Shown piece by piece: positions 11,562 to 24,800 of a stretch of 64,000 nt of DNA (the stretch's first letter is position 1; every line of letters starts with the position of its first letter). The translations under genes and the position numbers were made by a program. The notes under the pieces are model-generated. The model ran no database searches. It saw only the letters and a program-made list of their open reading frames with translations, and had not been told where the DNA came from. Source of the DNA: Fimicolochytrium jonesii (Eukaryota); assembly GCF_025526975.1 (NCBI RefSeq), contig NW_026515704.1, positions 186,001 through 250,000 on the forward strand. Direction: 5' to 3'.

Positions 11562-12539
11562 ATGCCTTCCCCCCACCTCCTCACCCTCCAATCCCATCTC
11601 AACACTCTCCTCCCCTCCCGCCCCGCACTCCGCGACAGCATCCTCCCCACCCTCCTGCACACCATCTCCTCCATCGCCGCCTCCCTCCGGACCTCCTCCC
11701 ACGTCTCCCAAATCGGCACAGCAAACGCATTCGGCGACGCCCAGCTCAACGTCGACGTCCTCGCGGAGACCATCATCCGAACCGCCATCAACGATTGTCC
11801 ACGTATCGTTACAGCGAGCAGTGAAGAGGACCCCGTCGAACGTGGAGTGAATCCGATCCCGGAAACAGACGATGGGGAGATCTACACACTGGCGTTCGAT
11901 CCACTGGACGGGAGCTCGATCATCGCCCCGAACTGGGCCGTGGGGACCATCATGGGGCTCTGGGACGGCCGCACGGCGCTCGGGCCGGACCCGGGGGCGA
12001 CGCTGGTCGCGGGGATTTTGGGCGTGCAGGGCCCGCGCACCACCGCGTTTGTCGCCATCCGATTGCCGGGGTGTGAGGGGACGTGTTTCGAGGTCGGGTA
12101 CGATGGGGATGAGATGGTTGTCGTGCGCGCGAATGTGTCGTTGCGACAGGGAGGGTTGGGCGGGACCCGCTACTTTGCCCCCGCCAACCTCCGCGCAGCC
12201 GCCTCCCACCCGGCTTACATGTCGCTTGTATCCCGCTTCATCACCGACTCGTACACCCTGCGGTACAGCGGCGGCCTGGTCCCTGACATCGTGCACTCGC
12301 TCGTCAAGGGTCACGGTATCTACATCTCGCCCGTGACCGCAACAAGTACAGCGAAACTGCGCCGGTTGTATGAATTAACGCCGGTGGCGCTTGTTGTGGA
12401 GTGTTGCGGGGGCGCGGCGGTGGATGAGGATGGGCAGAGGGTTTTGGGGAGGAGGGTGGAGGCGACGGGGGAGAGGGGCGGGCTGGTTTGTGGGAATAGG
12501 GAGGAGGTGGAGTTTGTGAAGGGGGTGCTTTTGGGTTGA
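11562..12539 (+). CDS. Class 1 FBPase-family phosphatase, most like fungal sedoheptulose-1,7-bisphosphatase (intronless)
   Basis: Motifs NAFGDAQLNVDV, ASSEED, FDPLDGSS, YTLRYSGGLVPD and KLRRLYE. Confidence 0.88.
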   Translation: MPSPHLLTLQSHLNTLLPSRPALRDSILPTLLHTISSIAASLRTSSHVSQIGTANAFGDAQLNVDVLAETIIRTAINDCPRIVTASSEEDPVERGVNPIPETDDGEIYTLAFDPLDGSSIIAPNWAVGTIMGLWDGRTALGPDPGATLVAGILGVQGPRTTAFVAIRLPGCEGTCFEVGYDGDEMVVVRANVSLRQGGLGGTRYFAPANLRAAASHPAYMSLVSRFITDSYTLRYSGGLVPDIVHSLVKGHGIYISPVTATSTAKLRRLYELTPVALVVECCGGAAVDEDGQRVLGRRVEATGERGGLVCGNREEVEFVKGVLLG

Positions 12540-14855
12540 TTGTCCCGGGGGTGGGGTGGAAAGCGGAACGAGCGTAGGTTGAGGCCTCCGGGGGGTGCAA
12601 CTCTCGATACCTTTTTATGGCATCTTGCAGTTGGCCTTTTCTGACGCTTTTCGTTCACAGTCATACCGACATTTGCTCCGTCTTGCTTTTGTAAATATAT
12701 AGACTTTGGCAGTGGGTGTGTGGAATAGACGCGGGGGAGCATGGAATACCTTGACACATTGCTTTTCTATCTGGACCGTGAGTCGCTCCGCGGGGGGGGG
12801 GCCGGGGGCCGACCACTGTCCATTCATACATCCTACACCTGCAATCGGCAATTGAGGGGGGGAGTGCCTCCGACGTGTTGGTGGTCCACGCTAGGGACAA
12901 CTTGAAGTTTCCAGAGTTGTTGCTGATCTTCTCTGTACCGACTGACGGTAAGCGACAGCGCGTCGTCGCACCAGTCAGACCCCCCCAACTTCTCCACAAA
13001 TCCCCCATCGTGGAGGCAGCGACGACGGGATTACCAGTGCGTGGACCGGGGCGAGAAAGATTTAATCGACATGCTGGGCGTTCCCCTATTGGGGTTGTTT
13101 CGACTCACTTATCGGCCACCACCCAAGAAGGGATGTGAGTTTAAATTCGCCCCTCCTATTGGGAAACGAGGAAGGAGCACACATCGGTCATACGACGATC
13201 CCTTCTTCCCTTGTCCGTGTACGCACATGCATCTCAAGCTAGGGAACGGCAAGTTTTGTGATGCACGGGCTTTTTTGTAGGGAAGGCCACCTCATGCTAT
13301 TTTTCGATAGCCGTCGGTGCGTTCAACTCACATCGCAGATGTTGCACGCTGTCGTCAGCAGATACCATGGCCGCTTTCATGGTTGACAGGCGTCGGTCGC
13401 TCCCTGTGATTCGCAGACTGCTTCTGACCGACGGCACGGTTTGATCGCGTGACTGAAAGGCTGCACTGTGGGTTCTGGAGGCCAGGAAACACCCTACCCT
13501 ACTGTGGGTCCCTGTCCATCACCGCACACCAGGGGCGCTCGAGGTGCATCCATCCCGCGGGCAACCACGAGGATCCAAAGGCAAGATCGAGCGATTTGGG
13601 ATGTAGTCCACAGGGCTCCATCACAACAGTGATATCGCCATAGAGCTGTTCGGGCATTGTTCGACCCAGATCTTTGGCGGCTTGCGAGAGGCGGAAGAAG
13701 AATTTTTGGCTCCAGTTCGCCAATTCTAGAAGATGTTTGGAACCCATACTTTTCATCCGCCTACGTCGTGCGACGGCTTCGACCTTCTAAACGGCGACGA
13801 GGCAAGCACCGTGAGGAGAACCAACAGAATCTTACCGACGGATCGAAAACCAACTCGACGTCGGGCTCGGTCGGGCGTGTCTTTCGACCCTACAAAGCCG
13901 TTGCGGAGATCAAGCGATGATGCTCCCGTACCGCCTCTCCCGAAGAGAAATTTGGCCCTCAACATGACCGCTTGTCGGTGAATAGCGACACCCAGTTTCC
14001 GATCGAGACTTCCGAACTATGTGCGCAACAGAGCCACCATCTCGGCGTCGCAACATACGGGCAGACCGTTCTCCGCATTGCACTTGGTTGTCACATCAGA
14101 ACATGCACATCGGTCAGCAACGCACGTCAGGTGACAAAGGGCAAACGGGCATCAATGCACCCACATGTACGTACCCACTTGAGGAGCGTTGGGCCGGCTG
14201 AAGTTGTCAGCGCTGATAGCATACGTTTCCTTCACAAAGCAGTTGACGTACAGGAGAAAGTGCCGTGGATGGCCATCCTTGGTGTATGGCCACTAGGTCT
14301 GGTATCATCGCTGGAACTCGCCAATCTGCTCAAACATGCGTACGCGAGGGCCGTTTCTCAAAACATTCGAGAGGTTACGGGTTTCTCGCCCTGGACGGTC
14401 CGCTGAGGGAATTTTGAGCGCTGGTGTGATGGCCTAAGCTGTGTATGCCTGGAAACAAAACATGAATGTGATGGATACCAGGAGGGTTCTCTTGAAAGCG
14501 GTCTCGTCGTGATGCATAGTAGCTGTGAGAAAAGGAAGGGAGAAAGCGTGAGGGGGAGCAAGTGACGGCGACGGTGACAGTGTCCGATAAAGTCCGACAC
14601 CGCGTAATATCTCTCGCCCTCTCTCGGCCCCACAGTCACTTAGGAGACGGGTGACTTGCTGAGCGCCAGCCCCCTTTCGCCCAGCGCATAAAAAGAACCC
14701 TCGCTTCTTCCCTTCCACTTCCAATCTGCTTCCTCCAATCAGCACGTACCCATAGCCCGCCCGCTCCCTCAGCGGCCCACCCACAGCGTCCCCCCAACTC
14801 CACAACACACTACACCACCCCTCCTCCTACACACACACACCACACACTCTTCAAG

Positions 14856-15383
<528 letters not shown>

Positions 15384-15994
15384 GCTGTGCTAATCGTCGG
15401 ACGCATGCCTTGTTCTACTTTTTTGTTACCCACCCCCTCACTGCTCTGTGTCGAGCTTGTTGTCGTCGCTATAGGTGGCAATGGTGTCTGTAGATACCAC
15501 GACTATCGCCCCCCTCGCATATCATGTGGGACTCCCATTCTTGTTTATAGGCCCTCCCCACCTTTTTGTCTTTTGAGAAATAAAAGCCTTCCAGTCCCTC
15601 TTTTCTCAACGACGGCGTTTATACTATCACTCGAAATATCGATTGTTACAGTTGTCATGGTGGTGGGATTCATAGGAATCTTTTGAACGACATATGTACA
15701 GGAAGTACTATCGATAGCGGGGAAGATGATGCTGCTTATGTACACTTGGGAGATGTAACAATGTTCATCGTTTGCGTGAACGCGGACGGCCGCCTACACC
15801 ATTCGATCCAACGTTTTCGGTACGGGAAGGCATTCAGTTCATCCTTTCGGCGACGGCGTTCGACGGTCGAAACGGGGGAGAGGCCTAGATATAGAGAGGC
15901 CGATATGAAATCCAAAAATCGCAGGTAGGAGGCACGAAAAAACGAAGGGAAATTCCCCTTCAGCAGGGTGGAGGCGCCCCAAAACCCCTCCTGC

Positions 15995-18900
15995 TTACAC
16001 TCCACCCTCCCCACCCTCCTCCTCCCTCTTCACCACCCCTTCCTCCATCTTCACCGCTCCCCCATCCACTCCCGCCCCAGCCCCTCTCCCACTGACCCCC
16101 GGCGGCAACGCCGCCCTCGAGTCCTCCTCATCCTGCGGATCCATGACCCCCGTCCACCCACTCCCCGGCGCATTGAGCAACAGCGTATTGGCGCGCGCGA
16201 CGAGGGAATCGGCGATCAGCGTGAGCGGGTGGTGGGCTCCGTTGTACAGGCGGCAGTTGTTGGCGACGAGGTGCAGGTCGCGCATGAATTCCGAGGGGGT
16301 TTTGTAGAGGTAGTTTTTCACATCCTTTGCGAGAGCAAGACGATGAGTGAAAGAACTAAAGGGGATGTAAAAAGAAACAAAGCAAGATGGAACCTACATC
16401 CCGAATCTGCTCCAAAGTCTTCGGCTTCCTCACAATCACATAGTAATCCGGCACATGCACCGCCGAAACCGGTCTACAGAATTCATACGCGTCCGGGTTG
16501 GCCACGAGGTCGGTGATGATGCGCTCGAGGGTGGATGAGAGCTCGACTTCGGAGTTGGCGCGGCGGCGGCCGCCGTAAGATTTCGGGTGGTGGGGAAGGA
16601 GGTAGTCTTCGACGACGGATGGGTGGGCGTAGTGGACGGAGCCGCGTTTGCGGTGGGTGGGGTTGGTGTCGGAGTGGTCGGGGGGCCAGAGGTGGCCGGC
16701 TTGGGCGTTTGCGACTATGGGGGGGGGGGGGGGGGGGGGGGAGGCGAATGGTTAAATCCAGAGGCCCATGACGCGAAACGCTCACGATTCAACCCAAAAA
16801 AAAAATGCGGAGATGTAAGGACTCACGAGACGGATTCCGGATCCTCAACACCAACGGCTCATGCGCCGGCTCCTCCTCATGCGCCTCCCTATACGCCCGC
16901 CTCCTCTTCCCCTCCTTCATCTGCATCACATGATCCTGCACATTCTTCCGTTTCCGCCGTCGCTCCGTCTCAGGGTTGTCCTCCCCGCGCTGCTTCTCGG
17001 CCGCCTCCTGGCTCTCAATAATCGCGCGCTGGCGTAGGTACGCGTTGATGATTTTCATATCTGTGATGACCTCCGATTTCTCCTCCTCTTCGCCGGTGGT
17101 CGGGTTGCGGTAGATCCGCCGGATGGTGAGCCGTTTGCTGCGGCCTTGTTGGCCGTAACTGGTGCCGCTTTCGGCGATGGAGGTTGCGTCGTCTTGTTCG
17201 CGGTCGCGGGTGGTTGAAGGGGCGCGGTGGTTGTCGTCGTCGGAGAAGATGTCCGAGTCCGAATCGAGGTGGTTGCCTTCGGAGGCCGTGGCGGGGGGAC
17301 GGGTCTGCCCTGCTGCACCTGGGTCCGTGAGACGTTGATCGCTGTACCCGCCACTGTACTGCCGCCTTCGCTCATCCTCCTCGGCCATCTCCATCTGCTG
17401 TTGTCGCGAACTCAGCGCCTCGATGTCAAACTGTGTCTCCTCGCCTTCATCAACAGGCGGGTCCGTAGCGCGTAACGACGCAAGCTGGGCCGCCCAAATG
17501 CGTTTGATCTCCTCGCGATACACCTGCTGCTGTTCCGCAAACGAGAACCGATGCGATCCTTTGGGTTTGAGACTCTCCCGTTCCGCGCGGTCTTCCGCAC
17601 TCTCCCCAAAACGCAGGAACGGCTCCTTCATGGACGCGCGGATGAAACTGAAGGCTTCCCCGCGGCCGGACGGGTCGCCGGGGCCATAGAGCTTGATCAT
17701 GCTTTTGTTCTGGCTAGCCGAGACGAAATTCTTGGTCGTCGTCCATGGCGCGAGCTGCACCTCGATGTCGCCCGTGGCTTCGTCTTCGTCGTTCTCATCG
17801 TCCATGGCGGCGATGTCAGAGTATCCGATGTCTGTCAAACGCTGCTGGCCGGTCTGCATGCTTTCCTGTAAACAGATCATCTCCGGCGTAACCAACCGCC
17901 TAATCTCCTCCTCATTCGGCAACCTGACCCCCTGCTTCAACTTCCACCACCCAGTATTCTCCCCCTTCTTCGCAAACTGCGCAAACTCCTTCAACCTCTG
18001 CTTCAGCTGCGTCTCGGTGAAATGCGGGAACAGCTTCACGATCGAGTCGTATTTCAGCCGTTTGAACGGGTCTTTGTGCATGTTGCGGAACGTCACCGCT
18101 TGCAAACGGCCTTTGATCGTTTGTGTGATCTTGCGCGATTGCGGGCGCGGAACTTCTTGGAGGGGGTAGGTCTGCCCGACGGTGAAGAGGTTGGGGATCT
18201 CGCGCAGGAAGTACTTTGTTTCGCCGTGGAAGGTCTGTTTGATGACGAGGAAGTCCGTGTCGCTCGCTCGGTGCTCGAAGATGGGGGCGCGGAACATGTT
18301 ATTGGTGATGGCCTGCAAGGTCTCCCCCGGTTCGACGTCTCCGAAGCCGAGGAACGGTGATGCGTCCACTTCTTCCAACAGGAATGGCGTCCCCATCTCC
18401 ATCTGCGGGAGCGTGGTGTCCTTGGCGCTCGACTTCCGGTAGTAGTTGTATATCAATGTTGCCATCCCGGGGTTCATCAGAATCGGGGGGTATTCTTCCG
18501 AGTACTCTAGTAAAGCGTATCCAGTCGCGTCTTTTAACGTGATATCGCTCGGATTGCGCATCATATCCGAGGTGTCCTTGCCCTTCGATTTCTTCTTTTT
18601 TAGGCGTACCCGTGTGAAGCGAATCGTATTGCCTTGCGTGAATCGCAGACCTGGTCGATGGAAGGAGCGCAGCTCTTTTTTTGATAGGTTGTACTTGTAC
18701 CACTGTGGGTGCAGTTTGATAGCGGGCAGTGCGTGCTGCAGGGTTGCTGGGCCGTATGTTTGTCGCACGCGATCGGCGCCAACGGCTGTTTCGTTCTCGT
18801 AGTACCGGTCATGCGAGATGTTGAATCGTTTTAGTTTCCAGGCATTTGATGCATCGCTTCGGTTATCTCGCCATCGGGATGTTGTTTGCTTTTGCGCGAC

Positions 18901-19946
18901 CGCCGGAGTGTGAGGCGTTTCGGACGGGTTTGGCTCGAGGGGTGAAGCGGCAGTGTCATCTGGACTGTCCCAGTGCACATCGTCCTCCCAATTCATCTCC
19001 TCCAAGTCATAATTTCGCAGGGCGAATCTATCGACAATGCTCTTTTGCGGACCGCGCTCAGAAGATACATGATCTGATTCGTCATCCTCCCACAATATCC
19101 GGTCCTCCCACGTCTCCAGAAGCACAGGATATAGGGCAGGATGCAAGTCCTCGAGCCAAGGTTCAGGTTCCTCCTTTGCAGAGTCTGGTGATGCCGGCTC
19201 TAAACTTTCCAACGCCACCTCACGGACCCTTCCTTCTGCCCGTGGCAGCTGTGATGGCAGCTGCTGATCGAACAGCTCCCGGTCATCGCGCGCTACAAAA
19301 TACGGCACGTTCCGAACCGACTGTTTCATCCGCCCCATCTTTTTCACAGGCTTCGGTTTCCTAGCCATGCTAGCAGTAAACATCGTGCTGAAGTGCATAA
19401 ACGAAGCATCGTAACCCGGAAACAGCCTCGCCAGTCGGGCTTCGTCGTATATCTCGTCGGCATGGGGTTGTCGTTCGGCGGCGTGATCCATGTGCCCGTT
19501 TACCCCATTCAGATGCGGTTCTGAGGATATGGACTTTGGTGTCATCAATGTCGGTGGAAGCTGAGACGGCATCTGTATGGCAGGCTGCGGCAAGGGTATA
19601 TCCTTGAGGACGTCATCTTCGGCTAGATCTTCGTTGCCGATCCCGGAAAAGTCCTCCGCGTCCAGGTTTGGCTGCACGATTTCTCCGCCAGCTCGTGCCC
19701 CATCCTGCCCATCGCTGTCCCCTCCTAACCCGAAGTCGCCTCCCAACAAAGCACTCAGGTAGTCCCCGGAATCCTCCAGAGTCTCTCGAAGTTCCTAATG
19801 CATGGCAATTAGTCCCGAGTCCGACTACATGCCTGTTTCAGTGCGGCAACTTGAGTCTTCCCACTCACCTCCGGCAAGTCGGCATCTTCTTGCAAACGAC
19901 CAGTCTTCTCGTCAACATTTCCAAACAAGTGGTATAGAGATGACAT
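15995..19946 (-). CDS. TAF1: TFIID subunit 1 with C-terminal single bromodomain; exons 19946-19869, 19794-16827, 16714-16398, 16324-15995
   Basis: TAND-like N-terminus LFGNVDEKTGRL; DUF3591 core (FNISHDRYY, LRSFHRP, LLEYSEEYPP, LAPWTTTKNF, GPGDPSGRGEAFSF); bromodomain (FCRPV..VPDYY..NCRLYNG). Splice sites keep the frame. Confidence 0.95.
16719..16741. repeat. Poly-G (poly-C on the sense strand) tract in TAF1 intron 2
   Basis: About 23 consecutive G, just upstream of the acceptor on the minus strand. Confidence 0.85.
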
Positions 19947-20332
19947 CCTGAAGGTTTTCTGTACAAAACAAGGACTGCTTCGCCAAAATAGAAGAAACTA
20001 CGCTATGTGTACCGCCCGCATTTTTTTCAGTCGCTGGCTTATGCAGGTGTGTATCCCAAGGTCAAAGGCGGGTTCTGGTGGGTGCCGTTGGCGGGTATCC
20101 TTATCGAGTCTTGGGCGGGAATGTCTGCCGGCCTGAATGTCAAATGTCGGGAGTCCTCAAAAGCGCGCTCTCCTTTTATGCCTTTTCCACTCACTACTGC
20201 TGCCCTGCTACTGCCCCCACGGACATATGCATCCTGAGGAACCTTCGGATAGGACGCCGACCGCAAAGCGCTCCTACACTCCCAAGAAAAGGACCCTTTC
20301 TACTCAGCTCGTTACAGTACCTCTACGCCAAT

Positions 20333-20944
20333 ATGTCCCACTACGACTCCTCCGTCCCAAAAATAATCGCCGAAGACGCCCGCGCCCTCAAATTCCGTCG
20401 ACGCATTCTCAGCGCACGTAAGTCCCTCACCCTATTCAATCCTACCCTCCAAGAAGGATCTAATTTCCTTCCACAGGAAACCTGGAAACCCCGCCAAAAG
20501 TCAAAGCCTTCAAAGTCTTTGGTCGGTTTGCAACCGTCGCCGCGGTCTCGTTCATGGTTTTATCGGCGGACTGGGGGGATGGCGAGCACTGCTTTAGCGG
20601 GGTACGGTTGAAAAGTTGGAATGTTGTGGGCTGTTTGGAAGGAGTGGGTGGAAAGCTGATGTATCTCCTGCGTTTAGGCAAGGAGGTGGTATGACCAGAA
20701 GAAGATGGAGATGTTTGCGCTGTCGAAGGAGGATGAGGAAGGTCAGTCCTGTGATTGATGGATTCGAAAGTCTGACGCTCTCGGGATGGTTACTCAAACA
20801 TATGTCATTTGGGATTGTGTAGAGCTGCGAGCGACGGGAAAATGGCCGATACCAACGCACAGCAACACACAACGGCCATCGATAGGGAATGCAGAAGCTG
20901 GTCCAGATGGGTCAAAAGGACCGATATTTCCTGGGAAGAGTTGA
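20333..20944 (+). CDS. Small single-pass membrane protein (131 aa, 4 exons: 20333-20417, 20477-20601, 20678-20741, 20823-20944)
   Basis: Three GT-AG introns give a continuous frame: MSHYDSS...FKVFGRFATVAAVSFMVLSADWGDGEHCFSG-ARRWYDQKK...IFPGKS*. Confidence 0.75.
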
Positions 20945-21613
20945 GCGGGGGGATCTTGGATGTCTTGGGGTGTTACTGGATAGAGTTAGAAGGAGGGAAT
21001 TGGGCTTTCTACCGCACTGCAGACGCCAAATCGCTAATGATGCAGTGGATGTCGGCATGCAGAAGGAACATGGGGCTTGTGAACACCCCAAAGAGGTCGA
21101 GCAGAGCAATGGTGGATGGAACGCGGAGCGCTTACGATCTGGCTGGGACTCCACTATGCTGAGATGAGCCGGGGTTCCCCTCTGCATAGACGATTCCTCG
21201 ACCGCACTTTGACAAGCACATCGCATCCCCGGACGTGCTACCCCTGCAGTAGAGGGTCTTCTTCATGGGAAAGCGATTTGTTCCTCCCCCATTGAACGCA
21301 TATCTCTCATTTAGCATGGAAGGGTTTCTGGTTTCGCTTCACAGCTTAGTGCCACTATCTGCGTTCACTGGATGTTGATGTAGTGTAATGAGATCTATGT
21401 GCATCAGAGATAGAAGTTCTGTCCATGCATACCCTGAAGATCCAGTCATAGCTTGTACGTCGTAGTTGTGTATGTGAGTTGGTAGATATGTGGGGTCAGT
21501 CGGCGTCCTTACGATGGCAGCCTCTGAAGGGAAACGCGCGCTTCTGATCAAAGTTCAACGTTTCGCAGTTGGCGCTTTCCTCTCGAGCTCTGATGAAACC
21601 CAACATCGACGGA

Positions 21614-23261
21614 ATGGCAGACCCAAGAAACCCCACATACCAACACCAACACCACCAGCAGCAGCACCACCAGCAGCAGCACCACTCCGGCCCACCATCC
21701 CCCCCACATCCACACCCCGCCATGCACCTGAAACAGCAACATACATCACAACATCCCCAACAACAGCAATATCATCAACAACAACAACAACAACAACAAC
21801 AACATGCCCCCTTCCCCAACACTCATGTCCAGGGTTCTCAAAGTGCTCAAAGTGCTCCAAGTGTACAGGGTCCCCCACAGTCCCTACCCCCGAATGTAGA
21901 TCTCGTGACGCAGCAGCAGGTGCAGCAAATGATGCAGGCGTTTTGGCAGGTGGGGTTTATATGCACGGTCCCCTCTCCCTTTCGAATGGATACACTGACT
22001 TTTTTTTTTGAACTTAGCAAACCCAAATGGAGATGGAGACCGGGCCGTTGGACTTCAAGTATCACCAACTGCCGCTGGCGAGGGTGAAGAAGGTGATGAA
22101 GGCGGATGAGGATGCTAAGGTATGTTTTGGACTAGCCCGGGTACGTCGCAGTGATAAGTCACTTACAATATCTTCCATTCTCAGACCATGGTAATTATCC
22201 CGCAACACGAGGGTTGAATGAGGGGGTGAATGGTGTCTAACCCACGGGACCCACACAGATGATAAGCGCCGAAGCACCCATGATCTTCTCCAAGGCCTGC
22301 GAGATCTTCATCATCGAGCTGACGATGCGGGCGTGGATCCACACCGAGGAGCACAAACGGCGCACGCTGCAGAAGAGCGATGTCGCGACGGCGATTGGGA
22401 AATCGGATCAGTATGATTGTGAGTCGGGTGGCGGGGATGGTGTGATGCGACTGGGGGGCTGATTGTGGGTGCAGTTTTGATAGATATTGTGCCGAGGGAG
22501 GAGATGAATAAGCCGGCTGCTGCGCCGACTAAGATGGTATGTTATAGGCGGGTTCATCTGTGGGGTTCGTGTATTGGAGTGGGGACTGACGTTTGCGGTT
22601 TGGGGTTTAGGAGCAACCTCCGGCGGCGTATGCGTACTATCAGAATCCTGTGCAGTACCTTTCGGTAAGCCCACAGATCGCCGACAGCGGTTTCTCTCCG
22701 TTGAGATTTGTCTGATCACCGCTATCGTTCATGCATATTTAGTCACTGAGTCCAGAACAACAGCAGCAATTGCTCGCGTATCAAATGCGGGTGAACCAGG
22801 TACGGCCACTTAATACATAAGTGCTTCCTACAATTTGGCCCCCAATTTGATTGACGCCTTTTTATGTCCCTCAGCAGCCAGTCCCACACACGCAACACCT
22901 CCCCCAACCCCCACAATCCCAACAACACCCGCCACCACACCCACAGCAACTCTCTCAACCAGACACCAACAGCATCCGGCACCTCACAGACGATTCCCCA
23001 TCTCAACCATCATCCAGTTCCCAACAACCTCGCGTGGCGCAAATACAACATCAACATCAACAACAACAGCAACAACAGCCACAGCAAGCCGGACAACAGC
23101 AGGGCATACCGCCGTATTATATGCAGCAGTATCAGCAGCAGCAGCAGCAGCAGCAGACGGGGAGTGCGCCGCCGGCGGGGAGTGAAACTGTGGTGGTGGA
23201 GGAGAGGAAGATTACCCCGGAGGAGGTTGGAGGAGAGGGTGTGAGTAGGGAGACGTCGTGA
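21614..23261 (+). CDS. HAP5: CCAAT-binding factor subunit NF-YC (multi-exon, Gln-rich termini)
   Basis: Histone-fold core [63 protein letters not shown]; poly-Q tracts. Confidence 0.93.
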
Positions 23262-23685
23262 GTGATTGATAGGGATGGGAATCGCGCGCGAGTGATGGAG
23301 AGCATTTTTTGTATCATGGGAGAAGACGGTGAGGCAGGAGGCTCTTTACTACGTGCAGGATGCCTTCACGGGTGTGAGAGCGATCGATACAGTGGGGGTT
23401 TTGGGAAAGCGGTACCTGTATACATATGCATACACAATTCCAACGGGCCCGTTTGTCGGTGCTGCTTTTTGAAACTGAACATCCATTTGTCTGCAACGAT
23501 TAATGATTGAAGCGAGCCTGGGGTGGTTGCGAAACACCCCTGCATATGGGATGAGCGTCTCGCAACCACCGTAGGATCTATTTCTGTCGGTGTAACTCGA
23601 TGTCTCACTGAGACTTGCCAACATCAACGAACGAAATACTGTATATACAGTAAGTTCTCTCCATTTGATTGCTCTTTTTCCCTCT

Positions 23686-24078
23686 TCACCAATCGCTATG
23701 CCCCACGATCCGATCCCACTCCAAAGGCGCTGGGGGTCCAGGCCGCCCGTTTGTCTTGTCCGCGGTTATGATGGCAGCGAGCTTGAAGAGGAAGATCCAG
23801 CGGTTCTTCGCCACCGACGCCTGGTCGACGTTGAAGTAAGAGGCGAGGAATGGGTCGTGGGTTGGGTCGTCTGCGTGGCGTTCCCAGTTGAAGTTGTAGT
23901 CGACGTTTTGGAGGGCGGCGGGGATGGTGGGTGGGAGGGTGGTGGTGGCTGCCTGTTGTTGTGGGGAGGGGGCGGGGGGAGCCTCTGGCTTGGTCTGAGG
24001 AGGGTTTTGTGCGGGTGTTGTGATGGGCTGGGAGGAGTGATGGTGTGGAGCGGAGTGCGAGTGAGAAGACTGAGACAT
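23686..24078 (-). CDS. Hypothetical protein (130 aa): low-complexity N-terminus plus short Trp-containing domain
   Basis: ATG at 24078; C-terminal NVDYNFNWERH...NRWIFLFKLAAII...LEWDRIVG looks like folded coding sequence. Confidence 0.6.
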   Translation of the reverse strand: MSQSSHSHSAPHHHSSQPITTPAQNPPQTKPEAPPAPSPQQQAATTTLPPTIPAALQNVDYNFNWERHADDPTHDPFLASYFNVDQASVAKNRWIFLFKLAAIITADKTNGRPGPPAPLEWDRIVGHSDW

Positions 24079-24800
24079 GGTGACTTTGGGGGCCGACGGA
24101 CGGATAGGCGGAAGTTGCAGAGTCCCAGTACAGTGCTGGGTAGGTAAAGTGAGGGGAGCTTGCCATGGGGATGCTCCTTGCGTCTCCTTGCGTCTCCTTG
24201 CCTTGCTTCTCGTTGCTTTGATACACGCGAGCGGTTTGGCCTCTTTGGAGTCTTTGGCCCTCGTCCGCAAAGTGATGACGGCAGAGAGGGCACCGCTCGC
24301 CCCAGACCTTCCCACCCACATTCCCACCCTTCCCAAACTACCACCTGCATGTATATACCTGCATGTACCTGCATGTACTCCACTTCTGTTCAGCTCACCC
24401 CTGGCTCTACTGACTGAACGGACTGAACCGCATTGTCGACCTTGCTGCCACATGCGGCCAACCTTGTTTGGACTTCCGGCCGCTCGCCTGTACCTATTTT
24501 TGGAGCGACAGCTTATCTGAAACCGAAGCCTTCACCGGACTCATTCCCGCCCTTTCGAACCTGAAGAGGAAAACCGCTGTCTCTTAACTGCCTCCTCCGT
24601 CTGCTGAGCCGACTCAACCGTTCGCACTTTGCCAACTTCCATCAACCGGGGTTTGCACGATATCTGAAGAAGACGAGAACGAAAAGGTGATTTGAAGCAA
24701 CTGGCCGAGGACTGTATATATATACCTCCGACCCTTGTACACAGCACATATACATATATACCGACGACCGTCACCTGTAGAAAGAAGAAACACCAGACGA

